This document shows positions 20,776-31,151 of a DNA stretch of 44,661 nucleotides, piece by piece. The stretch lies in NCBI GenBank assembly GCA_038320275.1, contig JBBQEB010000011.1, forward strand, positions 1-44,661, read 5' to 3'. The notes under the pieces are model-generated. The model was not told where the DNA came from, did no database searches, and was given only the letters and a program-made list of their open reading frames with translations. Source of the stretch: Myxococcales bacterium. GTDB taxonomy: Bacteria > Myxococcota > Myxococcia > Myxococcales > Anaeromyxobacteraceae. Both the position numbers and the translations under genes were made by a program. The first letter of the stretch is position 1. Every line of letters begins with the position of its first letter.

Positions 20776-22421
20776 AGATGGAACCCGAGCGTCTTCAAGC
20801 CGTTCTCGACCGGGCGTTCGCTGAACTGACCCAGGTGGTGAAAGACTTCACCCCAGTTCTCGCGCCGCGCGAGGTGGGCACGATCACGACGGTCTCCACG
20901 GGCATCGCCAAGGTCGTCGGGCTCCCCAATGTAGGCTTCGAAGAGCTGATCAAGTTCCCCGGCGGAGGGTTCGGCATCGCGTTCAACGTGGACGAGGATG
21001 AGATCGGCGTCGTGCTGCTTGGCGAATACTGGCACCTGCACGCTGGCGATGAGGTCGAGCGGACGGGCCGAGTCATGGACGTGCCGGTGGGCGATGGGCT
21101 GCTGGGACGCGTGATCGACCCGCTCGGCCAGCCGCTGGACGGCGATGGACCGGTCACTGCCAAGGGGCGCCTGCCCATCGAGCGGCCAGCTCCTCACATC
21201 ATGGATCGAGCGCCGGTCACGGTTCCGCTCCAGAGTGGCCTGAAGGTCATCGATGCGCTCATTCCCATCGGACGCGGCCAGCGCGAGTTGATCCTCGGCG
21301 ACCGGCAGACGGGCAAGACGGCGATCGCGATCGACACCATCCTGAACCAGCGGGATCAGAACGTCGTGTGCGTCTACTGCGCCATTGGCCAGCGTGCCTC
21401 TGCCGTCGCCAAGGCCGTTGCTGTCCTCCGGGAGAAGGGCGCTCTGGATTACACGGTCGTGGTCGTGACCGAAGGCAATGACCCACCAGGCCTCGCCTTC
21501 ATCGCTCCCTACGCTGCGACCAGCATCGCGGAGCACTTCATGGAGGCCGGCCGCGACGTGCTCGTCGTCTACGACGATCTCACACATCACGCGCGCGCCT
21601 ACCGCGAGCTTTCGCTGCTGCTGCGCCGCCCCCCGGGTCGCGAAGCATTTCCCGGGGACATCTTCTACATCCACTCCCGGCTGCTCGAACGGTCCACGCG
21701 CCTCCGCGAGGAGCTCGGGGGTGGCTCCCTGACGGCGCTGCCCGTGATCGAGACCGAGGCGCAGGACATTTCCGCCTACATCCCGACGAACCTGATCTCC
21801 ATCACCGACGGGCAGATCTACCTGTCGCCATCGCTCTTCGAGTTGGGTGTGTTACCCGCGGTGGACGTCGGGAAATCGGTGTCGCGCGTCGGGGGAAAGG
21901 CACAACGGGCGGCGTATCGCGCCGTGGTGGGTGATCTCAAGCTCGCCTACGCGCAGTTCGAGGAGCTCGAGACTTTTGCTCGGTTCGGGGCTCGGCTCGA
22001 CGAAGATACGCGAAAGACCATCGAGCACGGGCGGCGAATCCGCGCCTGTCTCAAGCAGCCGGAGTTCAGCCCGGTCCCCGTGCCCGCGCAGATCACGGTC
22101 CTGCTGGCGCTCTCCGAGAGACTTCTCGACATGGTGCCGATGGATCAGATGAAGGAGGCCGAACAGGCGTTGCACGCGGCGGCGGGAACCATCCCGGCCG
22201 AGGTGTGCGCAAGGTTCGACACGGCCAAGACGCTCAGCGACGACGATCGAAAGGCAATTGTCGACATTGCCAGGCAGTCGGTCGTACGTTTCCAACCCAA
22301 ATCGGAGACCAAGCCGGAAGTCAAGCCAGACGCCAGGGTCGATCCCTCGCCAAGACCCGGATCGAAGCCGAAGGCCAAGGCGATCGTACCCCCGGCGAAG
22401 CCAGGCGGGGAAGCGGCATGA
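20772..22421 (+). CDS. atpA: N-ATPase subunit alpha
   Basis: [56 protein letters not shown]. Confidence 0.96.
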   Translation: MKMEPERLQAVLDRAFAELTQVVKDFTPVLAPREVGTITTVSTGIAKVVGLPNVGFEELIKFPGGGFGIAFNVDEDEIGVVLLGEYWHLHAGDEVERTGRVMDVPVGDGLLGRVIDPLGQPLDGDGPVTAKGRLPIERPAPHIMDRAPVTVPLQSGLKVIDALIPIGRGQRELILGDRQTGKTAIAIDTILNQRDQNVVCVYCAIGQRASAVAKAVAVLREKGALDYTVVVVTEGNDPPGLAFIAPYAATSIAEHFMEAGRDVLVVYDDLTHHARAYRELSLLLRRPPGREAFPGDIFYIHSRLLERSTRLREELGGGSLTALPVIETEAQDISAYIPTNLISITDGQIYLSPSLFELGVLPAVDVGKSVSRVGGKAQRAAYRAVVGDLKLAYAQFEELETFARFGARLDEDTRKTIEHGRRIRACLKQPEFSPVPVPAQITVLLALSERLLDMVPMDQMKEAEQALHAAAGTIPAEVCARFDTAKTLSDDDRKAIVDIARQSVVRFQPKSETKPEVKPDARVDPSPRPGSKPKAKAIVPPAKPGGEAA

Positions 22422-23311
22422 GCGAAAGCACCGCCTCCCTGCGCCACAAGCTCACCAGTGCCGGCGACCTTCAATCCGTCGTACGAACCATGAAGGCGCT
22501 GGCCGCGTCGAGCATCGGACAATACGAGAGCTCGGTGCGCGCTCTCTCCGACTACTACCGGACCGTGGAGCTGGGGTTGAGCGTGTGTCTTCGGCAAAAC
22601 GGTCCCAGCGCTTCGATCGTTACGGGATACGCAGAGGCAGATGCGGGGCCGATCGGGGCCATCGTGTTCGGGTCCGACCAGGGCCTCGTCGGCCAGTTCA
22701 ACGACCTGGTCGCGGACCATGCGATTGCGACACTGGCACCGCTGTCCGGAAAACCTCGAGTGTGGGCCGTGGGCGAGCGCGTTCATGCGCGGCTCGTGGA
22801 TGCGGGCCTGCCGGTGATCGGGCTCTTCCCGGTCCCGAACGCCGTTCACGCCATCGCTCCCCTGGTCGGACGGATCCAGATCGCGACCGAGGCCCATCGG
22901 ACGGAAGGCAAGGATGCGCGTATCTACGTCTTCCACAACCGCCCGCGGGGAGGGGCGCAATACGAGGCAGTCGACCAGCGGTTGTTACCCCTCGATGCCA
23001 CGTGGCAACGCGGTCTCATCGACGTCAAGTGGCCGACCGACAGGCCTCCCGAGGTCATGGGCGGCGTCGTCGAAACGCTGCGCGCGCTCCTGCGGGAATA
23101 CCTGTTCATCTCGCTCTTCCGGGCGTGCGCCGAATCGCTGGCGAGCGAGAACGCGAGCCGTCTGGCGGCAATGTCACGCGCGGACAAGAATATCGACGAG
23201 CTGCTGGAAGGTCTCCACGGCACGTTCCACCGGGTGCGGCAGAGGAGCATCGACGAAGAGCTCTTCGACGTGATCTCCGGCTACGACGCCTTGGCGAACG
23301 GCAGTGTGTAG
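22418..23311 (+). CDS. atpG: N-ATPase subunit gamma
   Basis: [52 protein letters not shown] overlap with atpA. Confidence 0.93.
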   Translation: MSESTASLRHKLTSAGDLQSVVRTMKALAASSIGQYESSVRALSDYYRTVELGLSVCLRQNGPSASIVTGYAEADAGPIGAIVFGSDQGLVGQFNDLVADHAIATLAPLSGKPRVWAVGERVHARLVDAGLPVIGLFPVPNAVHAIAPLVGRIQIATEAHRTEGKDARIYVFHNRPRGGAQYEAVDQRLLPLDATWQRGLIDVKWPTDRPPEVMGGVVETLRALLREYLFISLFRACAESLASENASRLAAMSRADKNIDELLEGLHGTFHRVRQRSIDEELFDVISGYDALANGSV

Positions 23312-23489
23312 GTCACCGGAGGCGATGGCCGGGACATCGAGGCGTTGGGGGGGCATGGGGAGTGGCTCGCCCGGGCTCTTCCTCGGAAAGAAGGTCGGTT
23401 CCGCTGACCCGAGGCCAGATGCACCCCCGGCGGCGCCTACGAATTGCAGCATTTTGTCCCCGGCGCGGCCCGTGCTTGGAGGGTCAGGC

Positions 23490-23693
23490 ATGAACTCCAT
23501 CGGCGACCGCTCTGCGACCTCCCCCTACGGCGTCATCCGGGACGCACAGAAGGCGATCGACGCCGGAATGCTGAAGCTCATCGACGGCTCCGCGAGGGGC
23601 ATGGCGACCGCGCTCGGGAGCGGCGGCGCGCAAGGCGCTGCTCCGGTGCAGGCGGAGCCGCCGCCTGGCTCCACGGTGCACGTCGTCGCCTGA
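23490..23693 (+). CDS. Small hypothetical protein (67 aa), weak resemblance to YjfB-like proteins
   Basis: GGAGG at 23478-23482 before ATG; MLKLID...GSTVHVVA C-terminus. Confidence 0.5.
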   Translation: MNSIGDRSATSPYGVIRDAQKAIDAGMLKLIDGSARGMATALGSGGAQGAAPVQAEPPPGSTVHVVA

Positions 23694-23783
23694 GAGTGAC
23701 GCCAACCGCGAGGGCGCCAGCATCGCCTCTCCGCCCGGCGAGCGGGGGCCTCGAGCATGGGAGCAACGGGCGGATCGGTCCGC

Positions 23784-24527
23784 TCACGTTCCTCCGTCCG
23801 CGGCTGCTGCCCGCAGGTTCACCGCCGCAAGTCGTCCGTCGGTGAAGTAGGGATCGCCGCCGCCGTTACGGCTTTCGAGCTGCTGCTGGAACCCTGCGTT
23901 CCAGCTCACGTCGATGGCGCCCGTGTCCAGCAGGTCCGCGACGAGCTTGTCGCGCTCGCGGTCCACGTCGCGCTCGATATGGTGCGTGACCTGCCCGGTG
24001 AGGTGCGATACGCCAGCCCGCGTGTCGAAGGTCGCGGCGCCCGCCCAGAGCGGGCGCCCGTCCGCGTCGAGGGCCGCAGAACGCCAGAATCGGACGTGGT
24101 GTCGGCGACGTGGATCCGAGCCAGCTGGCCGCTCGAAGGCGAGGTCCTGCCGGCGGCCCCAGACGAAGAGGCCGCTCACCGGCGCGGATGCATAGGGACG
24201 CCTGATGATCGAGGCGGTCGCGATACGGAGGGCGCTCCGGAGGGTCGTCGCGTCGGCGGGCACCCACCCGGCGCGAAGCATGAGCCGCTGGAGCTCGTCC
24301 TCGCTGCCCACCACGGTGACGTTGATGGGGTCGCCTGGGATGCCCTCCTTCGTCACCGCTCGGCGGGGCAGTCCCTCCGATGCGGGATGAACCCGTTGGT
24401 GGCGGTGCCATAGCGCAGGGACCACCAGGTAGGCGGCCAAGAGATACGCACCGGAGCATCCGAGGAGCAGCGCGAACAGGAGCGCCCGCTCTCGATGCAC
24501 GTGGCGCGGGGCGAGGGCGGGCTCCAT
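23784..24527 (-). CDS. LssY C-terminal domain membrane-anchored protein
   Basis: N-terminal TM helix; GDPINV, PVSGLFVWGRRQDLAFE, RHHVRFW, GAATFD, THHI..DVDRERD. Confidence 0.85.
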   Translation of the reverse strand: MEPALAPRHVHRERALLFALLLGCSGAYLLAAYLVVPALWHRHQRVHPASEGLPRRAVTKEGIPGDPINVTVVGSEDELQRLMLRAGWVPADATTLRSALRIATASIIRRPYASAPVSGLFVWGRRQDLAFERPAGSDPRRRHHVRFWRSAALDADGRPLWAGAATFDTRAGVSHLTGQVTHHIERDVDRERDKLVADLLDTGAIDVSWNAGFQQQLESRNGGGDPYFTDGRLAAVNLRAAAADGGT

Positions 24528-24594
24528 CGGCTCGGTCTTATCGTTCCGCTCCGAGGGCAGCACGGTCCAGGCAGTCCGATTACTCCATGCGCCC

Positions 24595-25050
24595 ATGGCG
24601 ACCGACTGGCGCGATCACGGCGTGCGCATCGTGCGCGCCTGCGAGCTCGACCCGAACACGCCGCAGACGCCAGGCATGAACCGTGCTGCGGCCATCAGCC
24701 ACGCAAGCGCCGGGGCCCGCAAAATCTGGGCGGGCACCGTCTCCATCCATCCCCATGCGAAGACGGGCGCGCACCACCACGGCGAGCTGGAGAGCGTGAT
24801 CTACGTCGTGCGCGGACGGGCGCGCATGCGCTGGGGCGACCGACTCGAGTACACCGCCGAAGCCGGGGCGGGCGACTTCATCTTCGTACCCCCCTTCGTT
24901 CCCCACCAGGAGATGAACGCCGGGGGTGACGAGCCGCTCGAGTGCGTGCTCGTGCGCAGCGACCAGGAGCCGGTGGTGGTGAACCTCGACATCGACGTGG
25001 CGGACGAGCCCGAGCACGTGCGCTGGATCGATCCCATCCACCGCGCGTAG
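24595..25050 (+). CDS. Cupin-domain protein
   Basis: HHHGELESVIYVVRG and GDFIFVPPFVPHQE metal-binding motifs. Confidence 0.9.
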   Translation: MATDWRDHGVRIVRACELDPNTPQTPGMNRAAAISHASAGARKIWAGTVSIHPHAKTGAHHHGELESVIYVVRGRARMRWGDRLEYTAEAGAGDFIFVPPFVPHQEMNAGGDEPLECVLVRSDQEPVVVNLDIDVADEPEHVRWIDPIHRA

Positions 25051-25120
25051 CGGTCGAAGGCCCCGCGGTCGAGCGCCCGGCACCTGTGCGCTCCTGCCCG
25101 CCGGCGAGTACCACCCGAGG

Positions 25121-26509
25121 ATGCCCGCGCCTTCGCGACCGCGCGCCGCCCGACGCCGCGAGCCGGTGGAGCTCACCCGCGCCGAGGCTCGGGCCTTCCT
25201 CGTCGGACACCACGCGCTGGGGGCGCCGGAGCTTCCACCGGGCGCGGAGGGCGTGCGGGCGCTCCTGGAGCGGCTGCGCTGCATCCAGCTCGACCCGCTC
25301 GACCCGCTGGGCACCAACGCCGACCTGGTCGCGCTCGCCCGCGTGGACGGCATCGCGAAGGGCGACGTCTACCGCCACCTCCTGCCCGGCCAGGCCTTCG
25401 AGCACTTTGCGAAGGAGCGCTGCCTCCTGCCCGCGAGCGCCTTCCCCTGGTACCGCGCGCACGCTGCGGTGGAGGCGCCCTGGTGGTCGCACGAGGAGCG
25501 GCTCCGCAGGCTGCCCGAGGGCGTGGTGGAGCGGGTGCTCGCCGAGCTGCGCGCGCGCGGACCCCTCTCGGCAGGAGAGCTCGCCGACCACGGGCGCGTG
25601 GAGCCGCTCGACTGGAGCGGCTGGAAAGGCACTCCGCGCGCCGCCAAGATGGCGCTCGAGGTGCTGCAGACGCGCTGCGACGTCGTCGTCTGCGGGAGGG
25701 GCCCGCGCGGAAAGCTCTACGACGTGCCGGAGCGTGCGCTGCCGGAGGTCGCGCGCCTCCCGAACCCGCTCTTGCGGCGAGGAGGGGGCCCAAGGACGGT
25801 GGGGAGCAGCGCAACGGCGGGGGCTCGGGGTCAGCATGCCCCCAATTCGAAGGCGGCGAAGCCGGCGGCAGCGAGCGGAGCGAGCACGAGCGCCGAAGGC
25901 TCTGCCGCCGGCCACCCGTCCAGCTCCGCTGGCCGGGGCGGGGCGCAGCCCGGTTTCGATCGCTGGGCCATCCGGGAGCGCGTGGAGGCTGCCGGGTTCT
26001 TGGCGCGCGGCGGCGCCGCATCGGTCTGGTCCACGCTCCACAGCGCGCGCCGGGCGGGCGTCGCCGATGCGCTCCTCGCCGAGGGCGCGGTGGAGGAGGT
26101 GCGGGTGGAGGGCTCGCGCCGCACCTACCTCGCCCCGCTGGGCTTCGCAGGGCGTCACCATCCGGAGCCGGATGACCGCGTGCGGCTCCTCGGGCCGCTC
26201 GACCCGCTCCTCTGGGACCGGGACCTCGTCCGGACCGCCTTCGGCTTCGACTACACCTGGGAGGTCTATCGCCCACTGCACCTCCGCCGCTTCGCCTGGT
26301 ACGTCTGCCCGCTGCTCCGCGGCGGCGCGCTGGTGGGCAGGCTGGATGGCGCGGTGAGGGACGGCGCCCTGCGCATCGCCGCGGTCTGGGCCGAGCCCGG
26401 CGGGGCGCTCGACCGCGCCTCGCTCCTCGCCTGCCTCGAGCGACACGCGGAGGCGTGCGGCGTGCGCCGGGTGGTGCTGCCTCGCTCGTTTCGCGTGAAC
26501 CGTGCGTGA
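25121..26509 (+). CDS. YcaQ/AlkZ-family (HTH_42) DNA crosslink glycosylase with an internal low-complexity insertion
   Basis: IQLDP (QxD catalytic motif), winged-helix segment, LLGPLDPLLWDR, FGFDYTWEVY, LVGRLD. Confidence 0.85.
   Translation: MPAPSRPRAARRREPVELTRAEARAFLVGHHALGAPELPPGAEGVRALLERLRCIQLDPLDPLGTNADLVALARVDGIAKGDVYRHLLPGQAFEHFAKERCLLPASAFPWYRAHAAVEAPWWSHEERLRRLPEGVVERVLAELRARGPLSAGELADHGRVEPLDWSGWKGTPRAAKMALEVLQTRCDVVVCGRGPRGKLYDVPERALPEVARLPNPLLRRGGGPRTVGSSATAGARGQHAPNSKAAKPAAASGASTSAEGSAAGHPSSSAGRGGAQPGFDRWAIRERVEAAGFLARGGAASVWSTLHSARRAGVADALLAEGAVEEVRVEGSRRTYLAPLGFAGRHHPEPDDRVRLLGPLDPLLWDRDLVRTAFGFDYTWEVYRPLHLRRFAWYVCPLLRGGALVGRLDGAVRDGALRIAAVWAEPGGALDRASLLACLERHAEACGVRRVVLPRSFRVNRA
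25760..25955. repeat. REP-like element inside the glycosylase ORF (boundaries approximate)
   Basis: 25918-25944 matches 95-121 at 25/27; GGGGTCAGCATGCCCC resembles GGGGCAGCATGCCCC at 117-131. Confidence 0.6.
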
Positions 26510-26629
26510 ACGCCTCCGGGCCAGCGGCAGAGCTCGGGTCCACCTGGCCCTCGCCGGCCGGCCCACCCGCGAGCGGCGGGTGAGCGGCCCGGCGTGTACC
26601 GTGATCCGTGCAGCGTTACATCCCGCCCG

Positions 26630-27274
26630 ATGACGACCGCGTGGCTCGCAGGTGGGAGTGGCCTCGTGGGAGGCGAGCTCTTGCAGAGGCTCCTCGCCGA
26701 CCCGCGCTTCGGCCGCGTCGTGTCGGTGGGCCGAAGGTCGCTCCCGGTGGAGAGCCCGAAGCTCGTGCAGGTGAGGATCGATCTCACCGCCGTCGGGGCC
26801 GCGGAAGCGCTGTCCGCCCTCGACCCACCCTCGTCGGCCTTCTGTTGCCTCGGGACCACCCTCAAGAAGGCGGGATCGCGCGAGGCATTCCGGGAAGTGG
26901 ACCTCCTGGCGGTGCTCGCCTTCGCCCGGGCGGCCCGCGTCCGCGGAGCGCACACCTTCGTGCACGTCACCGCCCTCGGCGCCGACCCTCGCTCGCGCGT
27001 CTTCTACAACGCGGTGAAAGGGGAGGTGGAGGCGGCGGTGGCGGCGCTGGGGTTCGAGAGCGCCTACGCGCTCCGGCCGTCCATCCTCGACGGCGAACGC
27101 CCGGAGTCGCGACCTGCCGAGCGCGCCGGCCTGGCGGTGGCACGCCTGCTCGGCCCCATCCTCGGAAAGTATCGCCCCACTCCCGCCAGCAGGGTCGCGG
27201 CGGCAATGCTCGCGGTCGCGAGCGCACCCGAGCCGGGCGTGCACGCGATCGAGGCCGACAGGTTGCCCGCGTAA
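26630..27274 (+). CDS. NAD(P)-binding Rossmann protein (YraR/TIP30-like)
   Basis: AGGSGLVG, FCCLGTTLKKAGS.EAFREVD, ALGAD..S.VFYN.VKGEVE, RPSILDG. Confidence 0.88.
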   Translation: MTTAWLAGGSGLVGGELLQRLLADPRFGRVVSVGRRSLPVESPKLVQVRIDLTAVGAAEALSALDPPSSAFCCLGTTLKKAGSREAFREVDLLAVLAFARAARVRGAHTFVHVTALGADPRSRVFYNAVKGEVEAAVAALGFESAYALRPSILDGERPESRPAERAGLAVARLLGPILGKYRPTPASRVAAAMLAVASAPEPGVHAIEADRLPA

Positions 27275-27391
27275 CCCGCGCGCCGCCACGGAGCTGACCG
27301 TGGGCACGCCGTCCTCGGGAGAGTTGAGCGACGGAAGAGGCTCCGGTCAACCGTCTGAGCCCACCCGGGCCGGCAACATGAGTCTTACCGG

Positions 27392-28354
27392 GTGGACTTC
27401 CGCCTCGGCTACGTCGCGAACTGCCTCTCGATCGGGCTCACCGCGAGCCACACCTGTCGGGTGGCCGGCGCCACCCCCAAGCGACTCGCCGAGCTCACGG
27501 CGCTGAACCTCGCCGAGCTGGAAGAGATCCTGCGCTTCAACGCGCGCAGCGACATCCGGGTCTTCCGCATCGGCTCGTCCCTCGTGCCGCTCGCCTCGCA
27601 CCCGGTGAACCGCACGCGCTGGTGGCGCACCTTCTCGAGGGACCTCGGGCGCATCGGCGCGCTGGCCCGCGAAACGGGCCAGCGGCTCTCGCTGCACCCT
27701 TCACCCGCCGGCGCGTCGCTCGCCTCCGCCCACCCGCACGTCCGCGAGGCCGCCGTGCGCGAGCTGCTCTACGCCACCCGGCTGCTCGACCTGTTGGGCC
27801 AGGGCGAGGACGCCCGCGTGGTGCTGCACCTGGGCGGTGCAGCGCCGGACCGGCCCACCGCTCTCGACGCCGCGCGCCGCTTCCTCGACGTGATGCCCGG
27901 CGACGCGCGGCGGCGCATCGCCATCGAGAACGACGATCACATCTGGTCGGCCCGGGAGGTGCTTCCGATCGCGCGCGAGCACGGGCTGCCGCTCGTCGCC
28001 GACACGCTCCACAACGCGGTGCTGCCCTCGGCGCCCGCCCTCTCCACGGGCGAGCTCCTCGAGCTGGCCGCGCCCACCTGGACGGCGCTCGGGCTCCGGC
28101 CCAAGTACCACGTGGCGAGCCAGCGTCCCGGCGCCAGGCCCGGCGCGCACGCCGACGGCATCTCGCTCTCCGACTGGCGGTCGGTGAAGCGCGCCCTCCG
28201 CCATTCCGCCGACCTCATGCTGGAGGCGAAGGCGAAGGACCTGGCGCTCTTCGCCCTGCGCGAGGGCAGGAGCCTGCCGGAGGGTGCGATGGCCGAGAGC
28301 GCAGCCCTTCGTCAGGAGGCCGCGGCGCCTGCCTCCGGCGCCGGAGCGCGGTGA
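27392..28354 (+). CDS. uvsE: UV-damage endonuclease UvsE/UvdE
   Basis: RLGYVA, FRIGSSLVPLASHP, RLSLHP, VLHLGG, IENDD, HAD, DLMLEAKAKD. Confidence 0.88.
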   Translation: MDFRLGYVANCLSIGLTASHTCRVAGATPKRLAELTALNLAELEEILRFNARSDIRVFRIGSSLVPLASHPVNRTRWWRTFSRDLGRIGALARETGQRLSLHPSPAGASLASAHPHVREAAVRELLYATRLLDLLGQGEDARVVLHLGGAAPDRPTALDAARRFLDVMPGDARRRIAIENDDHIWSAREVLPIAREHGLPLVADTLHNAVLPSAPALSTGELLELAAPTWTALGLRPKYHVASQRPGARPGAHADGISLSDWRSVKRALRHSADLMLEAKAKDLALFALREGRSLPEGAMAESAALRQEAAAPASGAGAR

Positions 28355-28369
28355 CCTCCGCTCCAGCGC

Positions 28370-28858
28370 TCAGCTGTTCTTCGCCACGATGCTGGCGTTG
28401 AGCGCCAGCGCGAAGCCCGTCCAGGCCACGTAGGGCGCTGCCATCCACCCGGCGGCGCGATCGGTCTTGCCGGCCGACCAGGCGTAGGCGCCCGCCATGG
28501 GCAGGAGGAGGGCCACGTCGAGGAGCGCCACGTCGGTGCGCTTCATGCCAAAGAAGAGCGGCGACCAGGCGGCGTTCAGCGCGAGCTGCGCTCCCCACAG
28601 CGCGAGGGCGGGGCCGCGCGCGGGCGCGTCGCTCCGCCAGACGCGCCAGGCCGAGGCCGCCAGGGCGGCGTAGAGCGCCGTCCAGACCGGGCCGAAGGCG
28701 CTCGCGGGCGGCTGCCACGACGGCTTCTCCAGCGCGATGTACCAGGGGCTCCGCACCGAGCTCACGGTGGCTCGCGCCCCCAGCGCGGCCGCGGCGGCCA
28801 CCAGCGCGCCAAACCCCATCGCCGCCAGGGCCGGGTGCTTCCTCGCTCGAAGCCTCAT
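28370..28858 (-). CDS. tspO: TspO/MBR tryptophan-rich sensory protein
   Basis: WY.ALEKPSWQPP..FGPVWT.LY, QLALNAAWSPLFFG, PYVAW..FA.ALN. Confidence 0.92.
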   Translation of the reverse strand: MRLRARKHPALAAMGFGALVAAAAALGARATVSSVRSPWYIALEKPSWQPPASAFGPVWTALYAALAASAWRVWRSDAPARGPALALWGAQLALNAAWSPLFFGMKRTDVALLDVALLLPMAGAYAWSAGKTDRAAGWMAAPYVAWTGFALALNASIVAKNS

Positions 28859-28913
28859 GCGATCCTCCTCCTCGGGCCGGTTCCCTCCGGCCTGGGGCTC
28901 GCCCGCTGCGCGG

Positions 28914-29369
28914 TCAGCCCCGCGTCTCCAGCCGCTGCTGAAACCACCAGTGATGTCCCTCCAGGTCGACCGCTTCGTACCCGCGATCGGCCCAGTACTC
29001 CGCGCCGTAGTCGGTGGTGCTGGGGCCGTGGACGATCCGCGACCCGGCCGCGCGGGCGCGCTCGCAGTGGGCGTCCACGTCGTCCACGTACACCATCAGC
29101 CCCTGCGTGTTGGCGCCGCCCAGCGAGCGAGGGCTCTTGCGGTAGGCTCCCATGGCGTCGCCCTTCACGTGGGCGTCGCCTCCCACCATCACGACCCCGT
29201 CACCAAGCAGGAGCTCGGAGTGGTCGATCCGGCCGCCTTCGCCCTCCACCTTCAGCCGGACCTCGAAGCCGAACGCCTGGCAGAGCCAGTCGATCGCCTT
29301 CGCCGGCTCTGCGTAGAAGATCGCGGCGGAGATGCGCGGCCAGCCCGGAGGTGGTTCGCGCAAGGCCAT
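28914..29369 (-). CDS. VOC/glyoxalase-family protein
   Basis: AIDWLCQAFGF, HSEL.LGDG.VMV, YVDDVDAH.ERARAAG, DLEGHHW.F; starts 3 nt after the ccsA stop. Confidence 0.88.
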   Translation of the reverse strand: MALREPPPGWPRISAAIFYAEPAKAIDWLCQAFGFEVRLKVEGEGGRIDHSELLLGDGVVMVGGDAHVKGDAMGAYRKSPRSLGGANTQGLMVYVDDVDAHCERARAAGSRIVHGPSTTDYGAEYWADRGYEAVDLEGHHWWFQQRLETRG

Positions 29370-29372
29370 GGC

Positions 29373-31151
29373 TCAGGCTCCCCGGGGAAGGTGCGCCGGG
29401 GGCGGAGCCGCGGCCGGCTTCCAGAACTGGCGCGGCAGGAGGCAGAGGCCCATGAGCAGGAGCTGGGAGCCGATGAACGCCGCCAGGGCCCAGAACGCCT
29501 TGTCCATGAAGCCGTAGGAGTGGAGGCCGATGCCGAGCATGTTCACCCCGAACCAGGAGAGGCTCGTGATGACGTTGCCGAAGATGGCCATCGTCATGAT
29601 GCCCTTCTCGCGCACGAACCCGCCCCAGCGCGCGTGCAGGATGATGGCGTTCCAGAGGACGATGAGGAGGGCGCCGTTCTCCTTGGGATCCCAGCCCCAG
29701 AAGCGGCCCCAGGACTGGTCGGCCCAGATTCCGCCCAGCACCGTGCCGATGAAGGAGAAGAAGAGCGCGAAGCAGATGACGCCGTAGGCCATGGAGACGA
29801 GGGTCTTCGACGTGGTGGGGTCGAGCCGCGGGGCGAGGTGGCGGCGCAGCACGTACCCGATGGCGATGGCGCCGGCGAGGAAGGTGCCGCTGTAACCGAT
29901 GGTGATGGTCACCACGTGCGTGGCCAGCCAGAAGTTCGAGTCGAGGACGGCGCGCATCATCTCCATGGTGTCGCCATCGCCCATGAGGTGGTGCGCGACG
30001 ATGAGCGACGAGAAGCCGGCCGCGGCGGCCACCGCGGTGCCGAAGCCGCGCCGGTAGATCCGCTCCAGCACGATGCCGAGGAGCACCGCCACCCAGCCCA
30101 CGAAGATGGCGGACGAGTAGAGGTTCGTCACCGGCGGGCGGCCCTGCAGGACGATGCGCGAGACGAGCCCGGCGGTGTGGACCACGGCACCCGAGAGGAG
30201 CAGCGCGAAGGACACGGGCTGCAGGATGCGCGGCTTCACGGCCCAGGAGGCGAAGAGCGCGAGGAGCGCCAGCACGTAGATGACCATGCCGGCGTAGAAG
30301 GGCTGGGCGCGGTTGAAGAGCGTCTCGTGGTCCGCCTTGCTCTCGGCACCGGGCCGGGCGGCGACGGTCACCGCGCGCACTTTTCCCACTGCGCGGTTGA
30401 AGCTGGCTGGATCGCCGCCGGCATAGGCGAGCCCCACCTGAGCGAGCGGCACCAGCGCGGGATCGAGGTTTCCGCGCGCGCGGAGCCCGTCGGCCACGGT
30501 GCGCCAGGCGTCGCCGGAGGTGCCGGGGAGCGGCGGGAGCGGACGGAAGAAGGAGAGGCCGGCGAGCTGCTCGTAGCGCTGCGGAGCGGCGGGGTCGGCT
30601 CCGCGCGCAGCGAGCTCGGCGCCCAGGCTGGTGCCGGCGAGCTGCACCGTGTTCTCCAGCCGGTAGTAGAGGTAGACGCGCTCGAACAGGTTGAGGACGG
30701 CGCCCTGGAAGCGGCTGCGCTGCTTCGCGTCCACGACCTCGGCCGCCTGCGCCTGGCGCTGGATCTCCTCCAGGTGCGGCGCCATCGTCTTGAAGGAAAA
30801 GTAGCGGTCGGAGGTCTGCTTCAGCCCGATGAGCCCGAGGACGTCCGGGTCGTTGATGACGAAGGCGGGCTGGGCGTCGGCCACATCGGGCCGGAAGAGC
30901 ACGTCGAGCAGCCACTCGTCCGCCTCGAGGGTCCGGCCCTCGTACCGGAAGCTCTGCTGGCTCCGGATCATGAGGAGCGAGTTGCGCGCGATGGAGTCGA
31001 GCGGCTTCACCCGCCCGCCCTCCAGCACTGGCAGCCGGCCGAAGGCGGCCACGTCGAAGCCGCGGGCTTTTCCGGGCGGGAGCATGGCCGCCGCCGCGGC
31101 GCCGAGCGCCACCACCCCCACCACCCACGGCGCGATCTTCTCGAGCTTCAT
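29373..31151 (-). CDS. ccsA: System II cytochrome c synthase subunit CcsA (long form)
   Basis: LPV..GGRVKPLD, RPPVTNLY, FWLATHV, WWD domain WADQSWGRFWGWDPKEN, GLHSYG. Confidence 0.9.
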   Translation of the reverse strand: MKLEKIAPWVVGVVALGAAAAAMLPPGKARGFDVAAFGRLPVLEGGRVKPLDSIARNSLLMIRSQQSFRYEGRTLEADEWLLDVLFRPDVADAQPAFVINDPDVLGLIGLKQTSDRYFSFKTMAPHLEEIQRQAQAAEVVDAKQRSRFQGAVLNLFERVYLYYRLENTVQLAGTSLGAELAARGADPAAPQRYEQLAGLSFFRPLPPLPGTSGDAWRTVADGLRARGNLDPALVPLAQVGLAYAGGDPASFNRAVGKVRAVTVAARPGAESKADHETLFNRAQPFYAGMVIYVLALLALFASWAVKPRILQPVSFALLLSGAVVHTAGLVSRIVLQGRPPVTNLYSSAIFVGWVAVLLGIVLERIYRRGFGTAVAAAAGFSSLIVAHHLMGDGDTMEMMRAVLDSNFWLATHVVTITIGYSGTFLAGAIAIGYVLRRHLAPRLDPTTSKTLVSMAYGVICFALFFSFIGTVLGGIWADQSWGRFWGWDPKENGALLIVLWNAIILHARWGGFVREKGIMTMAIFGNVITSLSWFGVNMLGIGLHSYGFMDKAFWALAAFIGSQLLLMGLCLLPRQFWKPAAAPPPAHLPRGA

